The position numbers and the translations under genes were made by a program. From the NCBI GenBank assembly GCA_964016885.1, contig OZ024742.1, positions 201,872,001-201,936,000 on the forward strand: a DNA stretch of 64,000 nt, given 5' to 3'. The DNA is from Eledone cirrhosa (lineage: Eukaryota). A model generated the notes under the pieces. That model searched no databases and was not told the DNA's origin. It worked only from the letters and a program-made list of their open reading frames with translations. The number at the start of each line of letters is the position of its first letter. Position 1 is the stretch's first letter. Shown here piece by piece: positions 27,776 through 40,412 of this stretch.

Positions 27776-27794
27776 TGTAACATCCCTATCGCAG

Positions 27795-27843
27795 GATTCC
27801 TGATGATTTCTAAAGAATGAAACAGTTCTAGTCCTGTAGAATC
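27795..27843 (+). ncRNA. Type I hammerhead ribozyme motif
   Basis: GAUUC-CUGAUGA-U-UUC(UAAA)GAA-U-GAAA-CAG(UUCUAGUC)CUG-UA/GAAUC. Confidence 0.75.
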
Positions 27844-28237
27844 TCATCTATATTAAAACTTTTATACTCTGCTATGTATTGAGTACCTTACTTACTGTGG
27901 TTACCTCCGATTCAACCCGGAATAACGTATATATATATATATATACATATATAAATATATATATATGAGTGTGTGCGTGTGTATGAGAGGTTGTGTGCTC
28001 GCAAACCTAACGTGAAAGAGACTAAACATTCCACATGTACCCATAACGAAAGTTCAAGTATACATTTGCGCCACCAGAAATCGAACTCACAATTTCACCA
28101 TCCTGAGTCGAACACTCTGCCAATCAACCCACGCTCCCTCAGTGTAGTCTATATATGATCTAGTATATCAATAAATTCTGGTGACTGCAAGAGCTTCATT
28201 AGCACCGAGTGCTACATTACTTTGCCTGTAATAATGA

Positions 28238-28268
28238 TATACTGCAGAACGACGTTACGTTTTATGAT

Positions 28269-28308
<40 letters not shown>

Positions 28309-28340
28309 ATCATAAAACGTAACGTCGTTCTGCAGTATAT
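28238..28340. repeat. Perfect inverted repeat (~38 bp) around a (TA)n core
   Basis: ATACTGCAGAACGACGTTACGTTTTATGATATAGTT-(TA)n-reverse complement. Confidence 0.9.
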
Positions 28341-29084
28341 ATATATATATGTGTGGGGGGGGGGGGGGGGGAATGTGTGTGTATCTGTATACGAGCTCCA
28401 TAAATCGTGTGCAGTTTCGCTCCATTGCTTTATGTTTTCGCGCTATTTTGCAGTCTTTCGTGTTATCCGCTATACTTATGAAATCATCACAGCGAAGCCT
28501 TCAATACAGCAATCAATGAACTGCTGTATGTTGTTGTCCGGTTGTTCTCTATATGAAAATGATACAGGCTGCAGAGGAAATGGGTAGGTTTTTTTATTTC
28601 GAATGGAGCACCGTCGGTTTCGACGATGAGTATTATAATTTTTTTATCATAGCATCCTCATAACATTAAAGTGTAATTGGCTGAGCATTCCACAGGCTCG
28701 TGTACCATTCACATAATTTTCGGTATTATTCAGTGTGAAACCTTATTTAACAATACAGGGTCTTTTTTAGTACATAAACAGTCTATCTGATGAGCTTCCA
28801 CACTGATTCCGTTTGCCCAATTTAAAAAATATGGTATGGGTTGACCGGAGGCTATGGGACCGAGACTGGGTCCAAATTATTGTGAAGCGCACTTAGAAAC
28901 CACTCGCCAATGCTATGTCCACAGGCTTGTTATTTACAGCAAGGTAATATAAGAGAGATGCGTAGGATAGAATGTTCCGATTTTCTACATTCTGGGTTCA
29001 AATCTAGACAATGTCATCTTTGTCTATCATACATTCGAGCTCCTCAATAATAAATATCCGTCCATGGATTGTTTCTTCCATTCT

Positions 29085-29169
<85 letters not shown>

Positions 29170-30118
29170 TCCCCTCTCACCCTTCTCAGGAAGATATCGG
29201 CTGTGTTCAGTTAGGTTTAAATGGCCAAAACAGTCTTTATGTAATGACAGTGTCCCTAAGACTCCTTCAGACCTTAAGGAACTTTGGGCTGAATATACTA
29301 AATATGGTGCGGCAAATTGGCAGAGGCACTCTGCTTGTTACAGTTACTATTACTACTACCCTAAGCAAGTGATTGACTTTTTATCTTCTTTGATTGTATA
29401 TCGTATATCTGAAATGCACTCATATATGGAGTATGCGGAACCATCCATTGAGGTATTATCCTTTGTTATATTGCAGAGACAGTGAAGGAGTGTAGCTTAG
29501 TTTTTTAAATTCCTTTAACGCACGTTTGTATGATCCTGAGATCAATATCTGGCGTCTCGTGCCCTTGAGCAAGACACTTTATATTGCGATGCTTCTGTCA
29601 ACACTGGACAAATTATGGAGGTGGTTGTTATTTAAAATACTGAGTTTTCCTTTTTGTTGTTCCAGTTACTACTACTGGTAGGGCGCCGCAGAAAGATGAA
29701 GCTGGTAATCGGCAAGCTAGAAGAAAGGCCTGTTGTGGCGTCATGCTGTGGTTGAGGAGTGTGTCTAAAACTACCCCAATCCACAAACAGGTGTGGAATT
29801 CACTTGACTCTGGTGCCGTACCTCTCGGCATTACAGTTCCCACACAACCGACTGGCCAATCGGCATTCTTATCAGGTGAACGAACTGTTTTACTCATTGT
29901 TGATCCGTGTGGATTATAATGTATCAGTCAATTGCCGCTAACTGACTAAGAAATCGCATACAAGAAATATAGTGACGAAGTGACCGAGTTTTCAGAATGT
30001 CATTCTGTTCATTCCGTGCTTCTTTGTTCATCGTTCAAATTCCACCGATATCAAATACCACCTATCATCCTATCATGGTCAATAAATAATATACCAACCC
30101 CGTAAATGAGTTGCATAA

Positions 30119-30151
<33 letters not shown>

Positions 30152-30690
30152 ATACACAATTGATCTCTTCTTGATTCTCTCTGGATGAAATCAGTTGTAA
30201 TAAAACCTCTGAGTTCCGGAAAGACGTGAAGTAAAATTAACCTCGATGTGGTTTGAACTTAGAAAAGTAAACGTAACAAAATACCGCAGATATTTCCTCC
30301 GATGTCTTAAAGATTCTGCTTGCAATCATGACAATGCAGTTTCGATACTATTACCACGCAATAATATACTAATACAGTTAACCACTGTAAACAACACAAA
30401 AATGTGATGGGGCAGTCACGTGACAAGATATCATGGGATTGATTAAGATTAAAAAAAGATGGGTAACAACACGAAATAGATCGGTAAATTCCTGCCTTAA
30501 CTCCAATGATGGTTTTAAAAGATATCGGTCAATATACTCAACTGTTCAAGATCCTTCAAATCTCTGGCATTATGTACCTAGGACTACATTATCTAATGTG
30601 CCCTTCCCTAAACATATGGTTATGATTAAGACTAACTTGTAGTTACACAGTATAACGACAGCAACTATACTACTACTACTACTACTACTA

Positions 30691-30733
<43 letters not shown>

Positions 30734-31189
30734 ATTTAATTTAGAGCATAGTGGCTAATTAACACCCACCCACCCCCTGCACATCGGGGTTGGGTGGGCA
30801 CCAATGTCGACCGTAGCAATTTATCTGCTGGGCTGTTTTTCCATTATTCCTCCGAAAATGAGAACTGTATTTCTACTGTGTCAAAATTCATCAATTTTTC
30901 TCAATTTAGAGACATCAGATTGTTATGTTAGGAAGGGCATCCAACCATTGAATCCACGTATGAGCAAGTTGAGTTCCCTCCGACATGTCTGGTCTCGGAC
31001 ATTGACAATCCGTCCAATACATGATAGTGTGGAACGTAAAATGAAGTTGGTTTGATTTTTTTAAATTTCACTAGCAGAAAAACCGCCCTTCAGGCGGTTT
31101 TCTGCTAGCATATGTAGTGTGCATATTGGTATTATACACAAATATTTATGCATATAGATATATGTAAATTGAAAAGTAAATTAACAATA

Positions 31190-31562
31190 TCTTCTTCTTC
31201 ACCCACTTATTTCTGAGAGGGCCGTGAGGGCAGAGTCCTTCTCAAACACTCCTTCCAGCGAGTCTTTCAGTAGCAAACAGCTCTAACTGATCCAGCTGGA
31301 TCCCAAAGCGTGACCAGCCAAGCTGATGGATGTTATCCAACTATCTTGCTCAGGGTCTACCTCTGGGTCTCTTGTCGGTTGGTTTTGTCTGTAAAATATG
31401 TCCAGCGATTCTCTACTGAGACATTCTAACCACATGCTCATAGTATCGGCGTTGTGATCTCTCAATTCGGAGAAGTAGCGGCTCTACCAGGAGTGACTGA
31501 GCTATGCACTTTATCGAGTAATGTTACTCCAAAGAGCGTTCGGAGGAATCCTATTTCTGCCA
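31190..31562 (-). mobile_element. RTE-clade (Rex3/Expander-like) LINE 3' fragment
   Basis: AEIGFLRTLFGVTLLDKVHS..VEPLLLRIERSQRRYYEHVVRM; short (GAA) tail. Confidence 0.75.
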
Positions 31563-31722
31563 CTTAAATATGTATTTGTGTGAATGTATGTGTGTGTAAA
31601 AGGAAGGAAAGAGATACACACATATATATGTCTAACTTAAAAAACTGTGACACACACACACGTGTCTCTAATTTAAGAACGCCGACAAACTCACGCGCGC
31701 ACATACACACACTGTCCTATTA

Positions 31723-32290
31723 CTACTTAAGAGCTTTGGTCCGGGCAAACATCCCCTCAATTTTGGAACCATCCGGGTTCTCTTGAATTGATAGGAAAAG
31801 ACGTGACGGTCTTACTCTGTGTTCCTGGTCAAGAGGCAGGTGCCTTACCTGGGACGTCACAGTTAGTGACTTTTTTGTTTTTTCCCACATTCTGGATGCA
31901 GTGATAAGGACGAGATCTACAGCATCCGCAGCTGAACGGAACAAAATCTTAAAATACCGTGTTCTGTCAGCTAACTACATTATCCAGCCTGTGGCGTTCG
32001 AGACGTTTGGGGGAGTCGGGCTACTGACAGCGAGATTCTTATCTTCACTGGCGGCTCGCCAAACAGCGACAACTGGTGATGCTCGTGAGGGCACTTGGTT
32101 GTTCCAGCACCTCAGCGTCGCCATCACCCCATGTAACGCTGCGACCGTGCTGGCAGGCCTAACAAATTATTAGAGAGGTTTCCCAGTGCCCCTCGCTATA
32201 TTGCTACCTTTTTCTCTGGTAGCGGCTCGTTTTTCCACTCTTTCGTCTGCATGTTGTTCTATGAGGTCTATGTGCTCTAACATGTGTGTA
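31723..32290 (+). mobile_element. CRE-like RLE retrotransposon 3' fragment
   Basis: EPSGFS*IDRKRRDGLT..W..GRCLTWDVT..AERNKILKY..PVAFETFG..REGTWLFQHLSVAI..CNA. Confidence 0.8.
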
Positions 32291-32845
32291 TTACGTCCCT
32301 TTACGGTCTGAGTTCAAATCCCGTCGAGCTTAACTTTGCCTTTCATCCTTACGGGGTCGATAAAATAAAGTACCAGTAATGCACTGGGATAATTGCTGGC
32401 CTTGTGCCAAAAGTAGAAACAATTATTAAAAGGGTGGTGAATTGGCAGTATATGTAGAGGGTCGGATGCCATGCTTTGTAGCATAGAGTTACGGCCCTTT
32501 ACGATCTGAGTTCAAATCCCACCGAGGTTAACTTTGCCTTTCATCCTTATGGGGTCGATAAAATAAAGTACCAGTAATACACTGGGATAATTACTGGCCT
32601 TGTGCCAAAATTAGAAACAATTATATTTGTTAGTGTTTTCGTTCTGTAACCATTATATCGGTGGATTGGCAGTATCGGTAGAGGGTCGGACTCCATGCTT
32701 TCCAGCATAGTTACGTCCCTTTACGATCTGAGTTCAAATCCCGACGAGGTTGACTTTGCCTTTCATCTTTACGGGGTCGATAAAATAAAGTACCAGTAAT
32801 GCACTGGGTAATTGCTGGCCCTGTGCCTAAAGTAGAAACAATTAT
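32290..32845 (+). mobile_element. Three tandem tRNA-SINE copies
   Basis: Consensus at 32290-32425, 32430-32622 and 32658-32845. Confidence 0.9.
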
Positions 32846-33339
32846 ATTAAATGAGTTTAAAAAAATAGAGTTAATAAATAAATAAAACGTTATACCATTT
32901 CCAATTCACCGAACGCTATCATGACTGTATGTCTGTGTTTGTGTAAATATATATGTGTGAATGTATGTTTGTGTGAAACATGTGTGAATGTATGTGTATT
33001 TGTGTGAATGTCCGTGAGCGTGTATTTTTATAAGTTTGTGTTTGCGCGATTATAGTTATATACTCATAATAGTTATATACTCATACATATAGATGTATCT
33101 ATGTGCACACTCATATGCGTCAGTGTGTAGAAAATCATAATCTCTTTATCTCTCTCATCTCACATTCTCTCTTTCTATATATATGGTAGTTGAAGTGGTG
33201 GTGGTGGCGACGATATACCGGAAGTGTAGAAATGTGAATGAAAATTTGAAAAGAAGTCAATTTTAAATTATTTATGTTTACGAAATTTAGTTTCGAAATT
33301 CAGGACATGAATTATGTAATATTCATTCATTATTTATAA

Positions 33340-33530
33340 AAGGGTGGTGGATTGGCAGTATCGGTAGAGAGTCGGACGCCATGCTTTCCAGCATAGTTAT
33401 GTCCCTTTACGATCTGAGTTCAAATCCCGCCGAGGTTGACTTTGCCTTTCATCCTTACGGGGTCGATAAAATAAAGTACCAGTAATGCACTGGGTAATTG
33501 CTGGCCTTGTGCCTAAAGTAGAAACAATTA
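33340..33530 (+). mobile_element. Full-length tRNA-SINE
   Basis: GGGTGGTGGATTGGCAGTATCGGTAGAG...GAGTTCAAATCCC...GTAGAAACAATTA. Confidence 0.9.
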
Positions 33531-35058
33531 TTTATTCAAAGTAATCCAACTTATTTTACTAACTGGATTAAAAGAAATAAACCGCACGCAGTCCCGCAGA
33601 CATTACTTTATTATAGTTTAGATAACTGTATTATTCTTTTACTCTTTCACCTATTCCAGCTACCCGACGCCAAGCCGACTTTGATATGCAAAATTGGGGG
33701 TTTGGTGTGTATCCTAATTTTTTTTTTTTTTTGTATGAGAGGTCTCCCAAACCTGAAGTGCCTCGGTACCTCCAATGTCTAAATTGAGCTCTATCTGCTG
33801 TTACACCTTCCCATAACAATAATATTTTCTTTAGTGACCACTACAGCCGAAATGCACTCGATATTACTAATTTACAGGGACAGTGGGGATTTACAGAAAT
33901 CGAGAACAAAACAGGAAACAAAATAACAATAAATTCATAACGGCAGAATCTCCCAATAGGGAGAGCACCGCACTGGGGTAATTTAAGAATCTCACAGGTC
34001 GAAGCACTTAGATCGTCAAGAACATCATAGAGAAGTGTCACCCTCAACACTGACCACATCAGCCTACAAACGTTAGCTTAGAGAAAGGCAATTAATTCGA
34101 CCATCTTCTCAGCATTCACTCACATCATCACAAATATACAGGGAGACACTTCTTTCTCAACCTGCACCGTCCTTTTCAAGTGGAATTTGAAATAGACGAT
34201 GACGGCTTCGTCGAAGTGGAATGTAACTGTGATAAGTCCTTTCTGTGGCGTCCACTACATAATCACTTTCTCCATAGCCAACAGTAAGTGAAAAATATTG
34301 CTTGCCGTTCCCGGTCAAAGGAAAACAACGCGGTGATCTTCACGATGGAATCGGCTGATGGCAGGATCCATCTTACAAAATACACGGTGTTAGCATTGAT
34401 CAGATGCTGGAAGAATGTATGCAGAAGAGTTTCTCCGTTCTGTGCTCATCTCCCATTAATCCGTTTGAGAGCACTTCTGTATCTGTAGAGTTTGTCTCGA
34501 ACAGACAGTTCCCTCTCCACCAGTATATGTACCAGGCCAGGTATTTCTAGAAATTGCACATAGTCACTGGGCCGTATGTTTTATGGAACATACTGCTTCA
34601 GTTTAGTCGACGTCTTTCCAGGGTTTCCCGGAGAATAGTATCGGACATATCCACTAATAGTTCTCTATAGAACACTTAGGTTTAATTTCCACTGACAGCA
34701 TTGCCAACATTTTCGATGACTGTGAGCACTAGGCAGCATTCCCGATGCTAAACGCTCAGCTAAAATCCAGCTGAGTGCAGCTATGGCGAAGAGACGAAGT
34801 GAGGAAAGACTCGCCTGACTAAAGGCGTCCACACCCGTTTATCATTTGGGAAAACTTACAAATGTCGTAATCAGTGCTCATTATATATATATACACTATA
34901 TGTGGTTTACCAATATGAATATGTTTGAATGGATATATATATATATATATATGTATGTGCGTGTGTGCGTATGTGTGTATGCGTGTGTGCGTGTTTGTCT
35001 CTGTGTGTGTAAGTATGTAAGTATGTATATGTATGCACACATATATATATGTATATAA

Positions 35059-35285
35059 GGAGGTGCTGAAAAGTTCCTGGCTTTGGGTAAAAGAAAATAC
35101 AGAAGGATCTTTTAATTAGGATGTTATTCAACATATTCCCCTTTTACATTCATACACTTATTTCAGCGGCCCTTCACTTTTTCTAAGCACTGTAGCAGTG
35201 GTCTTTCCGTTTTTCATAGCCGGGTAGCAACAGTTTTTCTCTGCCTCTGTAGCAGCGATCAAGTCGGGCATTTTTCAGTATCCCC
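35059..35285 (-). mobile_element. Mariner transposon 3' end with TIR
   Basis: Minus strand reads GR*NKCMNVKGEYVE* (mariner C-terminal motif); TIR-like GGTGCTGAAAAGTTCCTGGCTTT next to TA. Confidence 0.7.
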
Positions 35286-35369
35286 TTGTATATATATATG
35301 TATACACATCCGCGCGCGCACACACACACACACTCATATACATATGTATATATACACACATATACAAAC

Positions 35370-35407
<38 letters not shown>

Positions 35408-35689
35408 GTGTGTATGTATATGTATATATATATGTATTGATGTATCGTATAGTATATATATATATATATATTGTTATATTTGGGGAGGGTCATATTTGCG
35501 TAATATTGCCAGAATTAATAACAGAATAACAGAACACACTCACTGTCTGGTTGGTTTTCGCTTCTCGCTGTCTTTTATATCTGCGATCTAACTTACTCGG
35601 TCCTCAATGTTGCCATTGACTGACCGGCGGTCAAAAATAATACAGATACAATATAGACACAAACACATATATATAGTTTACATAATTTA

Positions 35690-35727
35690 CATAAATCTTT
35701 CGTTGCACATCTGCAACATCGTCAGTG
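35690..35727 (-). ncRNA. Hammerhead-like motif in the PLE-1 pLTR (inverted copy at 38570-38607 +)
   Basis: CA-CUGACGA-U-GUUGCA(GAUG)UGCAAC-GAAA-GAUU-UA-UG. Stems I and III are weak. Confidence 0.6.
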
Positions 35728-36009
35728 GTGTTATATATTTTTTTTTTCTTCCTGTTGTGTTGTATGTCTACGCCATTTTTTATTCAGTCTGTCTATATAT
35801 TTATTTATTTATTTGCTTGTTTGTTTATCTTATTTTATCTTGTCTTCTTTGCGCATGCGTTTGCGTGTGTGTATAGTGTTATGTGTGCTGTGTGACTAAT
35901 GTGTATAGTGTTGTGTCTGCTGGGTGACTAGTGTGTGTTTATGTGCTTGTTGTTATTGTGCTTGTGTATGTATTTATTTATCTTATTTTATTTTATTTTA
36001 TTTACTTAT

Positions 36010-38505
36010 TTATACTTCTCTTAGGTCAGTGTTGTTTGTTTGAGTGTTGTTGTTGTTCCACTCATTCTTTCTGTTTAGCTTTGGTCTTCTAATTTCTATT
36101 TCACTGGCCTCTCTGATTTGCCTATCTGCTGGGTCATTCCTATGTTTAGATATTATTCTAATTTCTATGTTGTCTATGTTACCGTCATACATGTGCGTAT
36201 AGTACTGACCCGTTTTTTAGTCCTTTTAGTTCCCCCCAGTGTTGGTCTATCCTTTCACCTATGCTACGAGCTGTCTCACCTATGTATGTTGTTGTCATGT
36301 TTCTGCAAGTACCCTCTGTACATCTTATGCTATAGACTACGTTTCTAGTTTTACAGTTTATCCGGGGGTTCACCTTACATATGATACATTTCCTATTGGT
36401 ACAGTGGGTTTTCTTAAAAGGGTAGGTTTTGCTGATCCTGATTTTTCTACCACCTTTATTTTTAAGTGGGTCTTTCTCAGTGTCTTTTTACACTGGTTAG
36501 CTAATTTCCCTCCAGGGGTGGCGTCCACAAACATGACACTCTGATATCTCTGGTTGTCGTACCATGATGTGGCCTTCCCTATCTTATGTCTAGCCCTATC
36601 TAAGCTATTCCATGATTTGCTCCTGTATAGTGGGCAAATTCCTTTCATGTCCAGTTCTATGAGGGTCTTATACTTTTCCATGGCTCCTTCGTATACTCTG
36701 ACTCTGTCTCTTTGGTTGTAGCCAGAGAACTGCATGCGGTTGATGAAGTGTTGGATGTGTCTTTCCATTTCTGTTGGGTCGCACATGCTGGACACATTCT
36801 TCATCACTCGTACCAAATCTGCGATCAGAATATTAAACTTAGCACTACTGGACATTGCTGAGTTTTTGAGTATCAGGTATTTGGAGGCCATGGGTTTAGC
36901 ATAGTGTGAGTGGAGAATTTGGGCTCTCTCGTCTATAGTGTTAATCCAGAGTTCTGTGTCTAATACAGGTAGTCTATTGTTAGGTTGTTTGGAAGGGAAG
37001 TCGATAGTTACAGTTATACTCTGGTGTATGGAATTAGCTATCTGCTGGATGCTTTCCATCGTGCTACGTTCTAAATCAAACTTGTTAGTGCTCTATAGTG
37101 GGGGTGTTCTTATAACTATATTGATATCGTCTACATAACGAGAGTACATGATGAGGTCTATGGAGCTTTCATTAAGGGGATCTTTAAGTCTCCTTTCCCA
37201 CCATACCATGAAAAGGTTGGCAACATCACCAGCTATGCTGACGCCGATGGCTGCTCCCTCATTTTGGGTGTAGATTTTCTCATTGAACTTAAATATGTGG
37301 CCCTTTAGGGTAGTTTTGATACTAGCCCCTATTGCATGTGCGGCCATTTTTCTTACCTGATCAGTGTTTTGGGGGGTCCGTATAGCTTTGGTCCACCCAA
37401 TCCACCTTCCTATGGGAGTCTTTTTAGCCATTGAGGTTATGGTGGGTGGTCTACCTCTTATAGGTCTACTAGGGCAGAAACATCTAAGGTCATGGCTGTC
37501 TAGGTAGTCAGTGTCGTAGGTAAGTCTAAGTAGGAGGCCCAGTTCGTCTGTGTCGACGTCGCAGAACTCCATCTCACTCTCAATGATCATCTCCACACAT
37601 CTTTTCACAGAAAAATCAATGTTAATGGATGGGTACAGTGACACCACATCCATGCTGCCTATTATGCAGTTGGATAGGCTCCTGTTTTTGTTGCACTCAC
37701 TGATTCTGCTGAGGAGGTCCTCTGTACTTTCACATACATCTGGGGACATCTTGATTATGGGGCGTATAACCATTGAGAGGAAGTAGGAGATCCTGTAGTT
37801 GCTAGCTATATTAGCTCCGCATACGGGTCTTGTTGGTGGTCCTGTTGTCGGGTCGTCGACTGTCTTGTGGTCTTTGCGGAGCCCATACAAGGGTGGTATG
37901 CCATTGTTAGACGCCTGGAAGTTGTTGGCAGTGCGTCTGCTTGGCTTTAGGATGTCAGTCCACATCATCATGTGAGCGTTGAGGATTTTTTCTCTCGCAT
38001 CGTGTGTTAGTTGTGCAACTTCGCTCGTGTTGGTGATGTGGGGTTGCATTGCCTCGATGTAGTTCGGCATGCTATTTATTGACATCCTACCAGACTTATC
38101 TGTGGGTAGACACACTACCTCACCATCCCTTGTGCGCTGCTTGAGGCTAACCAAGCCTTCTACAGGTTTTCTCCCAAGTTGTTGGGCCTCTGGTCTGCTC
38201 TGTCTCATAGTATACCTGTCTACTACTTGTCTAATCTTATTTCTAGCTATGGTGAACTGTGCCTCTGTCTCGTCATCTATTTGCTGTGGTATGCAAACTC
38301 TTTTATTAAAGGGTAACCTCGTAGGATAGATATTACCCATCTTATATGTTTTGTCAGCTGGGTTGAAAAATAGTTTCTCTAAGGGGTTGTCGTTATTTCT
38401 ATCGTCATAGTTGTGTGTGTTGCTATTATTGTTATCATGGTGGTTGTTGTTGTTTCTATCATTAGCATTATTATTATTGTTATGATTGCTAGATGTATTG
38501 TTGTT
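36010..38505 (-). pseudogene. PLE-1 reverse transcriptase plus GIY-YIG endonuclease
   Basis: TDKSG, DVVSLYPSI, GAAIG, YSRYVDDI, LPVLD; Cys linker CTNRKCIIC..NC; VVYSIRC..YIGETARSIGERIDQH..REA..LN. One in-frame stop (37093) and two frameshifts. Confidence 0.93.
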
Positions 38506-40412
38506 TACTTCACTGAATAAAAAATGGCGTAGACATACAACACAACAGGAGGAACAATGAATATAACACCACTGACGATGTTGCAGATGTGCAACGAAAG
38601 ATTTATGTAAATTATGTAAACTATATATATGTGTTTGTGTCTATATTGTATCTGTATTATTTTTGACCGCCGGTCAGTCAATGGCAACATTGAGGACCGA
38701 GTAAGTTAGATCGCAGATATAAAAGACAGCGAGAAGCGAAAACCAACCAAACAGTGAGTGTGTTCTGTTATTAATTCTGGCAATATTACGCAAATATGAC
38801 CCTCCCCAAATATAACAATATCTGTTTCGACACACGATTTCATATAAAAAACCTCGCTAAACTAATTCATCGCCGCTATATATATATATATAATGATGTA
38901 TCAGGGAATATTTATTAGTTACATAATTACGCATTTCGATAGTATCAATTGTGCAATAGGTATAACCTTTCCCAACAGCTATCACTGTGAGTTCGTTTCT
39001 CGGACCGGGTGATACATTGTGTCCATGGGCAAGGCTCTATATTTCACATTCAGTTTACATAGCTGAGTTGCACCGTCACTGGTACTTTTCCTCTGGACAA
39101 CATCACTGGGATGGTGAGGGGAGGCAGTTATGCTGGTCTTCCACAAACAACTTTTCCCTCGGAGGGGAACTTTCCAGATGCAAATTCTTCGGTCATTCAT
39201 AACTGAAGGGGGTCTTTACCCTATGCATATATATGACCATGGGATATGCGCAGCAATAGTTCCCCTGCGAGGCATATTTGTTTGGAAGACCACCAGTCGC
39301 CCGTTCATACCGATCTCCCCTCTTTAAGAGAAAGGCAATGACCAGTAAACTGGAGCAACGCATCACAATCCCACGATTGTATGTCCAACGCAATAAACAC
39401 TAAGCCATGCGGCTTCACACTCACACATACATACACACACATATATATATATATTCTTAGAAACATGGATGCACACACGCATTTTCATATCTGTCTACAT
39501 ATGTATGTCTCTATGCGTACATGCATGTAAGTATGCCTATATATATATATGAGATATATATATATATATATATAAGAGGGTGTTAAAGTTTGCTTGAAGC
39601 ATTGTGAAATGTGTAAAAATACGTATTTAAGAAAGCCACAACAATGCAAAGGGAAATCTCGAGGTAGGAAGTGAAATATAGATAGGAAAAACAGGTGAAA
39701 GTGAAAGTTGAGAGAGACAAAGATGAAAACAAAACAAAGGTAGAAGGGTTACCGTAGTAGAGATTTAATCCCAATATTTCGGGCTCACGCCCATCAACGG
39801 GGTAAAAGTTCCAAAAGGGGGGAAAACAGGCCAAGCGGAGAAAGTGGTGATGTCGTTAAGACAGGAATGCCGTTATGGGGAGAAAAATATTTAAAATTTA
39901 AACGAGGGAAAGAATGCGCGTGCGCGTGATAAGCTGTGGCAAAAGCTACTGACCAAATGGGTTAAATCAAGAGGGTGCGTTAGCGTGTGAAAGCCGTAAG
40001 ATATGTGTATGTAAATATATATGTGTGTGTGACTGTGTGTGTATAAGTGTAAGTGTGTATATGTGTGAGTGTGTGTGTGTGTGAAAGATAGTGGGCTGTA
40101 GAAGTTGGAAATCAAAGGGTGTGAAAGGTGGTAGGTTGTAAAATATGTGTGCGTGTATAAATATAGATGTGTGTGTGTGTAAGCGTATGGGTATACATGT
40201 GTGTGTGTAACTGTGTGTGTATATGTGTGAGTGCGTTTGTGTGTGAAAGATAGTGGGCTGTAGAAGCTGGAAATCAAAGGGTGTGAAAGGTGGTAGGTTG
40301 TAAAAACATGTGTGCGCGTAAAATATAGAAGTGTGTGTGCATGCGTATGGGTATGCATATACGTGCGTGTGTGTGAAGATAGCAGGCCGTAGGCTGTGAA
40401 TGGTCATTATGG

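Larger units (their letters stand above)
35468..38876 (-). mobile_element. Penelope-like element PLE-1, 5' truncated, with an inverted 5' pseudo-LTR
   Basis: pLTR 35468-35787 is inverted at 38512-38820, plus a tail to ~38876. Inserted in (TA)n. Confidence 0.93.

Noticed and set aside
28788-28810. CTGATGAG hammerhead-like start
   Set aside because: No downstream stem II/GAAA/stem III arrangement.
31071-31108. Terminator-like hairpin CTAGCAGAAAAACCGCC..GGCGGTTTTCTGCTAG
   Set aside because: In eukaryotic DNA this is more likely a small transposon remnant, and there is no supporting context.
32290-32845. CRISPR-like repeated units
   Set aside because: These are ~190-bp SINE copies with no unique spacers and no cas genes, in a eukaryotic context.
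33631-34820. Possible LINE ORF1 remnant or gene
   Set aside because: No convincing motif was found in any frame by eye.
38890-39400. Higher-GC segment with several short ORFs
   Set aside because: No recognisable domain; left unclassified.
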